Below, piece after piece: positions 37,838-50,544 of a stretch of DNA of 64,000 bases. Position numbers and translations under genes: made by a program. Location: positions 908,552 through 972,551 of the forward strand of contig RDEW01000012.1 in assembly GCA_011109175.1 (NCBI GenBank), read 5' to 3'. Source of the stretch: Dicyema japonicum (lineage: Eukaryota; Animalia; Dicyemida). A model generated the notes under the pieces. It worked only from the letters and a program-made list of their open reading frames with translations. It searched no databases and was not told the DNA's origin. Each line of letters starts with the position of its first letter. The first letter of the stretch is position 1.

Positions 37838-40471
37838 ACTTGTATAAACGTGATTCTTGTTGATTTTGATTGGTGAATAAAGTTTCTTTGGAGAGATAGT
37901 TTTCCATGTTCTTATTTCGATGTTCATAGATTGTGTTTTTGGTGGTAATAGGTGTAAGGACACGTGTGGTAGAGATTATTTATGGGTGTTTAGTTAGGGA
38001 TATAGTGATCGGCAACATACGTGCAAAAATGGCTTAGGTGGACCTTTTCGAACGAAAATGGAGTTGTAGTCGTTTTGTAGTTAGGCTGTACGGTTCCTAA
38101 TAAACCTATTTTGCCATAAACATAGGTGATAACGGTGCATTTGGTTTAATAGTTAGTCAACTCAACCTTTCAGTACCTTGTTGTTGGATTTGAAGAAAAC
38201 TTCATTTATGCAACTCAATTTATTGTTTATGAGCTTCTGCTATTTGTTAATATTATATTTTCTAAAAATCTGATATTTTTTTATTTAAAGAACCCAGGCT
38301 TCACAGAGAAGGGAAGGCAAAGAAAAGATTAAACTATTAGGTCACATATGCTAGTCGAACCTTCAGTATGTAGGGGTTCGATGAGTATTCCCGCTTTGGA
38401 GTTCATCACGTCGCAGAAGCTTACTCCACAGTCGAGGTGATAATGTTTTGTTATGGATTCTTCCAACTGGAAAGGACTGCGAGCTAACGCGTGTGGTGTT
38501 CATTATATGGAGTCCTTCCGTTTCGTGTGGATGATAAAACACATGTCACTCTCAGAATCATGGGAGAGCGTGTGAGGAATATTTGAACAATGAAGATTTT
38601 GGTTCAAGAAAATGGCTGATACTTGAGCACAGTTAATCGAGCTATTTAAACTGGCTATAAACTCTGATACTTGCATGTTCGAGAATAGTTCATTGTAGGC
38701 TCCTCTTTTCCGTTTAAGGAGGTGATGTCCTGGTTTATCGATAATTGTATAAAGTTAATCCTCGTATACCGCTTCATAAACACGTCGACATGTCGAGGAT
38801 TATATTTTCTGTCAGTCTGCTGAATATTCTGCCAGCCCCTTCTATTTATTCTTAGAGCCAATCCGTTGTCGGTAAACTTGCCTGTCCAATCCATCTAATA
38901 ATCCTTGAATCTCTTTGTTTCTGTCTGTCGCATGTGGACTCATAGAAACCCTTTCGAGCATAAAATGATCTAGGGAGTCCTGCTAGTAAGAGGAAGCTGA
39001 ATAAATAAATCTGTTATAGTACATTGGAGAGGTCGAACAAATACCTTATGGAAAAATGTAAGTTTAAAAAAATGGCCGCGTAGTTCTGTAGGCTTTCGGA
39101 AGAGATCTCTAAAACTGTTCTAATTAGGCATCTTTTCCTTTTATGATGCGAGCCGTGGATGTTCATAATACTACGAGTGTGGCATCACCCATCTGACTAC
39201 GCGGCCAATAAATTTTTACTATTTATTTACATAAAGCATAACTTCACACTAAAATTCTTAAGTAGCACTCACTTTGGCAAAAAAATAAATTTTATTTACC
39301 ATAAAATTCGTTTCTACAAAATAATTTTAAATGATGAGATTGACAGTTTGAGTTTTTTGTTGATTCCAATCATTTGAATTTATTTGCAGACATTTCTACC
39401 CATGAGTGTATGGGACAGTACTAAGTTGTGTTGACACTCCGAGTCACCTTATAAGGTGTCAGATAAAGCGTAAAATGGCAGTCTGGTAAACTTGTAGATA
39501 GTGTTATGGATAAGTGGTGAATCAGATTACACTATTACTAAAAGAGAATTGGGAGGCTCAATACTGTGAGAGGAATTTACAGGGAGATAGTGCGCTATTC
39601 CTTATTCGTTTGTTTGCTCAACCACGACCAGCTGACGTCAAATAGCTAAGTTTAGAAAAAATGACCTCAGTTGGAGGCGCTTATGACTTTCTTACAGGAC
39701 AGGAAGTTTTATGTAGACATTAGAGTGTCCACACTGCAAACAATAGAGCGTTTAGTCAATAAGTTTGGTAGTCAACCACGACTATATGTGGAGTCATAAT
39801 GAGGTTTTGAGATTTTTTGTGGAACAAGTACGGGATTTCATTCCAAAAAGTTACTGACTCATAGATTGGAGTCTCTTATCGGAAATGCAAGAGTTTTGGT
39901 AAAGGTGGACCATTTTTTAAAGGAAAAAAATAAGTGATTATTTCGGTTGATTTTATAATGATTGGATGATATACCACAATTCGGGAGACGCTCAGTGCTT
40001 AATCGAACTCTAAAAAGGATCCCTTTCTTCCCTACTCCTGGAGGTTCACACAACTGTGGATGTGGGTTCGCGTTATGCTCGTAGGATGTGTTCACTCCTA
40101 CTGTGAAACCCAGACATGTCTTAAAGAAGTTGGTTCTATCTACAATCGGTTCTCTTTTCCATTGTCTTCTCTTGTTCTTCCCCCTTCCAATTTCTCAGTA
40201 ATATCTGAATGAAATCTGGGAAAATGTCCCCACGCGGATTTACGTTAATTAACCACTGGTTTTCGTTACTTGAAGGGACGGAAGTAAATAAATAGGATCT
40301 ATCTCATTTGATTGACGTGATAACGAAAAGATCAAAGTAAATATCAATGAAAACAAACAATTTAGTATTCGCAACTTCAGCCTCCCAATCAGAAATATAA
40401 CATTCAAAAGCAAGTTCCTAAATCCCTCACCACCTCGTGTGCGAAATCAATAGTGACCTCATGACTTACCA

Positions 40472-40796
40472 ATAATAATAATAATTAAGCACTACCGCGT
40501 TGCCATAAGCACGTAAGATTCCTAGGGTTTCGGTCGTGCAGAACACACACTTTATTTAAGTAAAGAACAGTTATTATAACTAATCGTAGAGGAGAACAAA
40601 GGAATGCTCTTCACTTTTTTCTTGTGTGTATGTCCTTTTGACTATCCAGTTCCGCAGTGAATCTTCACTGATGACGGCGTCACTCGTCAGCCCTTTCCGC
40701 ATCGTAGATGCGTGGAACATTCCACCAGGTGAACAGCAGCGAAAAGAACCCGTGACCTAAGCCACTTTAGTTCGACACCTAACCACTATGCTACTT
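40472..40796 (-). mobile_element. tRNA-derived SINE, full length
   Basis: A box AGCATAGTGGTTAGG, degenerate B box, body homologous to 26469 copy, (ATT)n tail, candidate TSD TTACCA (40466-40471, 40797-40802). Confidence 0.85.
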
Positions 40797-42003
40797 TTAC
40801 CAAGAGATCTTCTCAAAGAAGTAGAAATATTACCCTTTCTATCTAAAATTACTATTTTCATTATTCAATATATTTTTCTAAATTAACAGAGATGTCTGTG
40901 TTCGGTCTCAGATATTTCCTTTGATCTTATAGAAAAGCAAAATATTTCAAAGTTGTAATTACTAATTTCTTTATAACCTTAGGATCATTAGGAGATCTCA
41001 TTATTTTCACGTGACTCGCTTTGAAAAAAAGACTTCATCTTTGTTCGAGGTCGAATTAGTAAAAGGGTTCATTTCAACTATCTTTCATAAATTTAGTTTA
41101 AATACACCATTTTTGATAATACCACTTACATCGACTAAACGGTTCATCCTCTTTTGGGGGTCACTTTGCGAAGGCGGACATCCTTCGTGACTGAAAAACT
41201 CCAAAGAAAGACTTTTGGCTGTATTGAGAATTCACGCCATTCGTTGCTAAGACAAATATTATGTCCTGCCATAAGAACGCATATCTTTTATAGGTTGAGC
41301 TGATAATCTATAGTTTCATAGACTAAAAGGTTTATCCCCCTTTGGAGTCACTTTGTAAGTCCTTTATAGCATTGATCCGTAAATAGGAATATCACTCAAG
41401 AAACCAACCTTACTACATGGTTTGTCCCCTCTGGACAATACCGACCGAGGAGAGACTTTTCAGTCGCCTGGAAGAAGCTGATTTAGTTTCCATAACACAT
41501 ATCTATATGATTGCCAATATTCCACATGGACAATATTATTCATGGACATTAAGGAATTAATCTCAGATTACTGACATTATCGATACAAATATTTCACAAA
41601 TCAATGATTTCATCTCCAAAGGTACATGTCCTTCATGGGTCACTGATTTCCTTGCAATGACGTAAGCTACAGATTTCCCCCTAAACTCATATCTTCCTAG
41701 ACTTTTAGCTAAAGGCTACTAATATTCCATAGATATAGGAGTTCGCCTCCCCCTATTCATTAAAATAAGCCACCGACTGCCTCGCAAGCTCATATCTTCT
41801 CAGGCTTTCCACTGCAAATATTCCATGATTAGGAGTTCGCATCCCCCTGATATATTCAAATGACCCAACATGACAAGTAAATACATTGGAATATTATTCT
41901 ATAGAGTAATTTATAGCTATGACGTCACAAACAAGTGGGAATAGTGCGTGTAAACTCTATGAATGTAAAATTAAACTATTAAAAATAATTTGAGTCAAAA
42001 ACG

Positions 42004-43503
42004 TCACATCACCTCCAGCAGTTCGGGACATTCCGTCATAACCTTAACAAGAAGCTGATCATAACGCTCTTTCAGGGAATCAATGGATTGTCGAAGGGAC
42101 TCATTCTCTGTTGTTAGGACTGAATGAAAACAACCGTCTACCAGCATTCTTTGCACTAAGATTGGCGATCTTCGCATTTAGAACAGCTGCTTCACTCTCT
42201 CGCTCATTAAAAGGCTAAGCAATTATTTCACATTTTTAGCCTTTTTGGAGTCATCCCCCTAAAAGTAAGACAAAAAATAACCTCTTCACCCATCAAAAAG
42301 GGATTCCCGTTCTGCGATTCGATGACCTATGTATTTACTCGAACTATAAACGGCTTCATTCTCTGAAGCATCCCTTCTTCTATCGGGTTCTCCTCCATGA
42401 AGACACTTCGACTGAACCTTCAATGTCGCATCACACAGACCAGGTCCACCAGCCGTGGTTGTGACGAAAATTTTCACCCCCTGAGTGAGTTCCTTATTTC
42501 TTAGCAAGAAATCAATACGAGGGTGTTGGGCTCAATGGAAATGAAGAATAGCGAGGGGAGTGGTAGATCACATTCGCCATAACCGACCTCCCCCGATTAT
42601 GACATCAATAATGTCCCCAAGTGATGAGCCAAAGTTTGTCCCGTGAACATAAATTTTCTCCTTTTTATCAGATCTAATTCGTTTGGGCTTTATGGAAGTC
42701 ACGTGTGGAATCTTCGAAACCAAATTCTGATTTTTGAGATCAAATACCTGTTTTTCATTTACTGACACGACCTCATCCCTCAGAGAACTCTGAATGGAGC
42801 CAGCGGGGGATCCGGGCTTCGTTGCTATGGAAGATATTCTGTTCGTCGATTCCATGGCCGAATGTTTGGCCAAATTGTTTATCCTCTCCGAGGAGACCGA
42901 GACCGTGCTGTTCTTCGATGAAGACCAGTCGATCGATAATTTTGAGTTTCTTTTGAATAATTTAGAGTTTTTAAAAAGCACTGAGCCAGTTTTAGTACGC
43001 AATCCAGCCTGAGAAGGAAACACTCTGGAAACCCAGCATTTGATGAATATTTCACCGCAACAATTCGGGAAATCCTGAACAGGCACAAACAGGAGTTTCT
43101 TTAGACTGAAAATAAAAATATTGAGCGCCTGTTGGCTTCCTCACTGGGAATATCACTCAAAGGGATAATAATCTTCCCAATTTTCGTATTACTATCCATA
43201 ATTTTCAAAGTTAAGTCATCCTTGCAGTCGATCTTTAGTGGACTAAATTATTTTGGAGAATTTATCAAACATTTTGGCTTCTTCGTTCCATTTGGGGTTC
43301 CCATCACATACTGAATCCTTCGCTGTGGTGAATTTTTTGCTGCCGACTCCGAAAACACAAGAAAAGTTCCTCACTCCTTTAATAATGTCATAAATTTGCA
43401 ACCTTCTTTTCTTCCGACAATTTTTTTGCCATTTAATACTAAATATAATTCCTAATTTGGTACTTATAACAGTGATTTCCTTAGGAATTGTTGGTGAGTC
43501 CAT
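42004..43503 (-). CDS. Rab11-FIP-like protein: C2 domain + IPT/TIG domain + C-terminal FIP-type Rab-binding domain
   Basis: C2: FSCVFGVGSKKFTT..NPKWNEE; IPT: PHVTSIKP..IYVHGTNFGSSLGDIIDVIIGG..IFVTTTAGGPG; RBD: KERYDQLLVKVMTECPELLEVM*. Tiny introns incl. GC-AG at 43106-43128; splicing between 42200 and 42590 not fully resolved. Confidence 0.7.
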
Positions 43504-44812
43504 TCTTCTCAATCAATGAAGTTAGCACAACATAAAATTGGTGTTCCAGTTTTAATTGATTTATTTTTTTAAATTTATTTTGGTTCTCCATTTTAAAAAT
43601 TAATATTATTTTTTTAATATTTTTAAATAATTAATTTAAATAATAAATCCACTCATGTCAAAAATTAAATATTTAGCAGTTAACATGTCTACGATTGATT
43701 AATGAATTCCTTTCCCCAAAAAATATTCATAACCAATAATGAATTTTAATTGTTTCTCCAATTTTCAGGAAAGTTGATGAAAGGCGGTGAAGCCAATTAT
43801 TTTCCGCCATTTGATTGACCTTATTGTTGTGTGGTTTCATTTGTTATTAACTTTTCTTTTAAACATAAAACCACTAAAACATGCAAATTTAACGTAAATA
43901 AATGAGTGATCTGATTGATGAGCATCTGACGTGTACATTAATGCTATTTTTGGAAAATATTGGGAAATCTATAAATACAGTATTTTCCAACAATTTACGT
44001 CCATGCGGTTAGAAACAGAAGGACAAACTGCCGTACAGGCAAAGTAGCCAGGTTCGAATACTGATTCCAAGAATCTGACGATCTTACAGGATCATCTTTT
44101 AAATCTTATTTAAAAAAAACTGACTATTATCTCAGTGTTTCACAATCTTATAATATCTCAAAGTCTATAATCTTAAAGATCTAGTTTTTGCTTAAATGTC
44201 TATGTCACTAATGATTTTACAGTTTAAATAATTTGAGGTTTAATCATAGCGGCGGTTATGTATTTGTGACAGTTCGGAGTGAATAGAAGTATCCATGGTC
44301 ACAAAAGCGACTGTGCTCAAGAGAGCCACAGAATGTGTGTTTTTTGAAGCATTACGGGGGAGTCCTCTCAAAGGGGAATACTAAAGATTATCCCAGAATA
44401 GTCGCTAGGAGAAAGTGAAGACGTGTGAAGGAGTATAAATTGTTATTAGTAACATTGAATAATACTATGGTGCACCTTCACAGATGATCCTTAAGTTCCT
44501 TCAATATTGAACAGACAGAATTCAAATCCGGATAGTACGTACATCTGACATTTACCTCTGACATCCCGAGTCAAGAAAGAAGTAACGTACATCACCGCCT
44601 CAACTATCGTTTGGTTAACTAATCCTGTCGCAATTATTATCAAAGATCATACTAAAGGGAATAGCTATGGAACCGTACATTTACACGGAAAGACTGGGTA
44701 TTGCAGACAGAACAAACATTCCCTAAAAATAAAAAGCCACAAAAGGCATGCTCGTAGGACATTTATTAATAAACACGAAAAAATGATGCTGAGGCATTAC
44801 GAATAACTAACA

Positions 44813-47405
44813 ATGAAGGTACTATGTCATAAAATACTTATTTTACCACTTATCATCAGTATTCTAATCCACGTGGTAGAACTAATTAATAATTTGGACC
44901 GAACAAGAAGTCTCAGAGGAGGATTATTGACTATCGTTAAGGATGGACTTAAATTCACGGATCACCCCTTCTGTATCTTCTCTCTGCGTCTGAAACAGAT
45001 TTCTATTGAAGTTCCCTTTTCTTCGACGAGATGTTTTACACTCTGTAATGTCTATAGTTCCCGCCTCAGGGGTCATGTACTACTTCCTACATCCCCAATC
45101 ATATTGAGCCTGTGTGGACCAAAGGATCTGCTACTATGCGGAGACCTAAACGCTAAACATCCACTCTGGCTCGGACTCAATCAGCTGACAGTCGCGGCAT
45201 ACATTTTTTCCTTGCTCAATGATCTGACTATCCTTGATGATCCGGACACTCACACAAGGACCCCGTCCCGCAGAAGGGACAGTCCAACATCCCCGACCTG
45301 TCCCTCTGCTCTCCCTCTATGGCTGGATGTATTTCATGGAATGTTCGTTATGGTTTCTCAAGCGACCATAACCTTATAGTGTTGAGACTTAGAAGGCCTA
45401 TTTGTTCACCGTGTTGTTATACAAAGTTCAAAAATTACTTGAAAGCCGACTGGCAGGGTTTCAGGACGTATGTGGACAATAAATAGTCTTCTTGACTTTA
45501 CTATGATTACTTGCACAGTAGAAAAGATGGTCAAGATTCTGTCTGCTATCATTCTGAAAGCTGATAACTTATTTATACCTGTCGCCTCTTACATGAAGTT
45601 CAGTCCAAGATTATCATCACAAATTGAATCACTCATCGAGAAACGAAATGCGCTGAAGAGGAATAGAACATAGACGTATAATTCCTTCTACTCCAACGTT
45701 CACTGAATACAAAATTATCTGAGGTTATTCGAACTAACAACAGACTCAAATGGAGCTTCCTATTGGACGACTATGTCACAAAAACTCTTGTGCCACATTT
45801 TGGAAAACACTAAGAAGGATCAATAGCCTTATCAATGAGGAGGACCGCGGAGCTGAGGCCGTTACCCGCAACGCTTCGAACCCGCACGCATACTCGCAAA
45901 CAAGATTATGAAGTACTACGTATCTATCAGCCATAAATATTTTTCTCGTTCTACACGTGTTGAACGGCGCCGCCCTCAACAAAAACCATGTTCCATGTTG
46001 AAAAGGCTATTAAATTACTACGTCGTCGTCAGGCACGGGCCATACTATCAAGACTGTACAACGACTCTATCAACTACTATACGTTACCTAATATATGGAA
46101 GAACTCCCTGATTACGCCAATCCTAAAGCCCAAAAACCAAAAGACGTTCCTCTTCTTACCGCCCCATCTCAATAACTTGTGTTTCATCAAAAGTACTGGA
46201 AAAGCTTGTGTTAATGCGCATCTCTCCTGTTCCACATCTACCAGAGTTTCAACATGGTTTCAGGGCAGACCGTTCTACAACGACTCATTTGGGTTCTATC
46301 TCCCAGTTTATTACTGACGGCTTCAACATGAAAGCACACTTTCGGACGGCCTTAGTATCCATAGACATACAGAAGGCCTTTGACTCTGTTCCGAGGAAAC
46401 TCCTAACGCAAAAGATTTTTAACTCGAACTTACACCCAAACATCAAGCTATGGCTGGAAAACTTCTTAACTGGACGACGTGGAAGGGTCCTTATTGACAA
46501 AACCACTTCAAAATCAAGACTACTCCCCAATGGAGTCCCGCAAGGCTCCCCTTTATCTCCTCTCCTTTTCAACCTATTTCTACATGACCTACCTACTACC
46601 AATGACCAGAACACTATGTTTTTATCCTATGCGGACGACCTAATTATCGCTGCAAGAAATAAATCTCCTTCCATGGCTGTAGCAACTGTTCAGAAACACC
46701 TAAACAGAATTTGTGAATGGCTATCTGCAAATACGTTATGCGCATCAGCATCCAAGTCTCAGTTCACATTATTCACTACAGACAGAAAGTTTAAAGGTGT
46801 GCTTGAGATATCCATCGGAAACACTCCCATCCCTTCTACGCGGACCCAGAAGATCCTTGGTGTAGTTTTCGACTCTCTGTTGACGTTCTCGAGTCACGTG
46901 GAGGAGGTGCTCGCCAAAGGTCTTTGGAAATGGAACATTCTGAATGCGATGATAAAGAAGAGCCCTTTCCCCCCGGCCGACTGAATCAGCAAGGTCTATC
47001 AACAAGTAATCATACTGACCATTGAATATGCCTGCTTCGCCTGGAGGTTTGCGATTCCCCTTTCGAGAGTGGACCGTTTGAACTCCCTCAGGCGGAGAAT
47101 TATGCACCGCACGGACATCCTCATTGGCGACCTCGTTTCTGATGAGGCAACGTTGAAAAATGGCCAGGTTTTCCTACGTTTCTACAAGGAACTGTGAAAC
47201 CTATTTAATGAAAAGGTGACACATGCAGAGGAATTTCGGTCGGTAATAAAAAGTGCACGCCGATCGAACAAGAGAAGACGCTTCCGGAATGCGGTTGGAT
47301 CATCAGAAGACTGCTTAAAGAGAGTCCGGATGTTGCTGGAAGCTGGGATCAACTAATTAGTTAGTTTAGACCTATCTTTCCTGGTGGTCTTGGGGTTAAA
47401 TAAAT
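44813..47405 (+). mobile_element. Ingi/Vingi-like APE-RT LINE, near full length, frameshifted
   Basis: APE (RGGLLTIVK, NVYS, CGDLNAKHPLW), RT (QHGFR, DIQKAFDSV, GVPQGSPLSP, SYADD, KILGVVFD), 3' hairpin 47344-47405. Confidence 0.9.
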
Positions 47406-47409
47406 AAAA

Positions 47410-48120
47410 AAGTTGAAGAAGCCGGCTGCGTGGATCGCGAACGAGTTTTCTCAAGATGGCCATTCCAATTTTTTGTCTCAGCAAGAACCCTTTTCGTTGA
47501 TCCTTTTTTTTTCTGGTAAGCATTCCTGCGAGTTCACAAAGAACTCAGTTGTTATTGGACCAACGGCTCTGATGACTCTACCGCAACAATAGTAAATCGG
47601 TACCGGTCTCCGAGGCAAGAATATTTTTTGATTTTCAGGTTTTCCGCATTCGAATCAGCTGCTCCAGGTGTCTGAACCGATTTGAAAAGATTCGTGCTTG
47701 AAAATGAGTCAATACAAGCTGCGTCCCAGACCAAAGATCTTCCAGATGTATAGGGGAAAAGGGTCATCCCGTCAGGTCTCTTTCCATCTCCTCGATCGAG
47801 ACCCACTGGTTCAAGCTGAGATAGGAAGCCTGTAGCCTTCAGAGCTCTGACGATCACATCGTTCAGAGCAGCGACGTGGTCCACTTCCAGTGCTTCTTCT
47901 GCAGGACAGCGGGTGCAATCCTTTTGCATCGACTGTTTTTCCGCAATCGGCATCGGTGCTCCTGGCAAACGTCTAGTCTTAGCCTTTGTCCGATTCCAAT
48001 CCTCAAAGATTTTGTCGTCCAAAAGAGTCCCTAGGTTTGGGCAAGGTATTGTACCAAGCCATGCTCCACTTCTTCCACTTTAAGCTGGCAACAAACAAGC
48101 CGTTATCCCAATTACTTTGC
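47410..48120 (-). mobile_element. CRE-type retrotransposon 3' part
   Basis: ORF 47552-48022 HVAALNDVIVRAL..LEPVGLDRGDGKRPDGMTLFPY..LVWDAACID..VAVESS; terminal RQKIGMAILR. Confidence 0.9.
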
Positions 48121-48779
48121 TTCGTTGTGTCTTCAGAGATTTTGAGTCCGGACCTGTCTAATGTAGTTTCTTCATAATTATGTCAGCTCCACAAGTTTGT
48201 TTAAGATAATGATAACTTAATCCTCAGGGACCTTCCCTGACTATGCTGGGTGTATATCTTCATTGTCTCTTATGGATAATTTATAATTCTCGAAACAATT
48301 TGAAATATTTCCCGCCCAAAATAATTGGAATATTTTGGATTAGATGACACAATTTTATATTTCAAATTTGAATTAGATATCTCATCTTTACTTATTGATT
48401 ATGAAAGGGAATACTAACACTACACAGCTAACAAAACCCTACAGAAGATTTTCTGACCACCATCCTTGGTCTTCCACGAAAGCGATTTACATGGAAGAAG
48501 TAATATTCTGAGGGGATGTCGGGGCAAACCTCAGGAGCTTCCATTTTGCCCAAGTCACTTTATTCCCAATCTGTGTTGTTTGAGTAATTCTGTAGAGCTC
48601 GTCGTTTGTCATAAGGTTGTAATATCATTTAACCCTTTCTAAGCCTATCTATTATCTTTTGTTGATATTGTAACTGGTTTTGTAAATCAATTTTTAATTT
48701 TTAAAAGCAATAAGGAATAGAATTAATATATTAGTCAAAATACGTAATAAAATTGAATAAATAAATTAAATTGAATAAA

Positions 48780-49860
48780 TTAACTAAATCTTATTTCTAA
48801 CAAAAATCCTTATATTCCATAGTCATGTTAGCATTAATTAATTACGATTCCCACACATGCCAAACACGTTGTTTGGCTTTCCTATGGCATTGCAGACTGA
48901 AATAATATTTATAATTACTCAATAGATCTGTTGATTCGAAGAATGTACTAAATATATTAATATCATACGAATACATTCTAGCATTACTTAGATATGCACC
49001 TTTAGGGTCAGGTTTATATCTAAACTAATTATAATTCTATACGCTTGTGGGTTGTTAAATGGATCAGTACATAATGCAAGAATATTAATTTAATATTAAA
49101 AATACCCTGTTAATCGAACATCCTTTGAATGAGCTAACGTAAAAGATTGTATAATAGAATCAGTAGGAAAATAACTATAAATTAATAACATAACTTACAC
49201 ATTTTGGAGATTTATCAGGGTTACTGCAAAATCAATATCTATAAATATAAGTCCGTAACAAGTTTTGAAATCTCTATCAAATTAAAATATAAAATACAAT
49301 CCTATAATTGTAATAGGAAAAACATTTGAATGAATAGTTGTAATATTACGATCTTCCTCGCAATGAATATAAATAATTTATGTTATAATACAAAAATTTA
49401 AGATTTATTCTCTCAAATGATAGAATGTCTACTGGAAGTAGAGTAGTGTTTCCTGCATAAAGTATATATATATCTGAATCGTAGATAAGGTCAGGATTAT
49501 TGCCAAATTGACAATCAATCCAATATCTGTGATAATAAATAATTTTTTATCTTACACTTTGTTACCAACGCGTTTTTGATCGTTACATTTTTTTATCATA
49601 GTGAAGTAATAAAACAATGCTGTAAAGATAACGGAATATTACATCAGAATTTTTACATCAATTTACGGATTTGTTTTATTAACCTATTCATTAATTCACA
49701 TTTTACCATCCATAGCGTCGACAATGCGCTGACACGACAACGCGCTGACACATAAATTAGAAAAATATTTTTCCAATATAACTTTCCCAACAGCTTATCA
49801 GATTCTCTAATATCTTGTAATGTCTCATCTATAATCTCAAAGCATGTTTTTGTGTAATTT
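48780..49860 (-). mobile_element. Possible Helitron PIF1-like helicase remnant
   Basis: CFEIIDETLQDIRESDKLLG resembles Helitron (A)FEALDRTL.DIR...FGG; the rest is heavily decayed. Confidence 0.4.
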
Positions 49861-50544
49861 TACATTTTCCTGGATTCGAATGAAATCGATGAATCTTATT
49901 AATGAGTTTGACGAGGACTACTAGGACATTTATATAAAAAATTTTCTTAGAAATCATGTTGACTAACGATTTAAATTAACCCAATTTCACTTCAATAGTG
50001 TTATAATAAATCAGATGATCTGTTACATATTAATTTTTATTGGTGCTTATGAGTTGATATTTGAGATACTTATAGATCTTGGTGATTGACTCTTCTTTAT
50101 CTTAAAATTTGATCCTATATTGATTCTCGTTGATCCTTTTTTTCTGGCAAGCAATTCTAAGTAACTTCCGATCATAAAGTAGTCAAATTCAGTTCCCTCC
50201 AAAATTAAAAGAAAATGGAGGATCAACTATCAGAAACTACACAAAAAGGATAATAGTTAACGATTCCATGTTTGTAGCTGATATTAAAAAGTTGGGAGAT
50301 CTATGTAACCATCACATATAATGATTCTTCGAAGTTTATTCTTAATTCTTAGACTCCAGCGAGTTCTATTGAAAACATAATCAAATCATGGTTTTGTCAT
50401 AAACTATTATAGAAATGCTTATTATAGTTTTTTTTATTTTGAAAAACAAACTTTGTGATTATTTAAAATTATAAAAAAATAATTTTAAATTTATTTAATT
50501 AATTTTGAATTTTCACGTTTTGTTTGATCTCTAGTGTGAGCTAT

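Noticed and set aside
42568-43086. Exocyst Sec5/EXOC2 gene
   Set aside because: Only the IPT domain matches; it is flanked by C2 and FIP-RBD and there is no Sec5 helical body.
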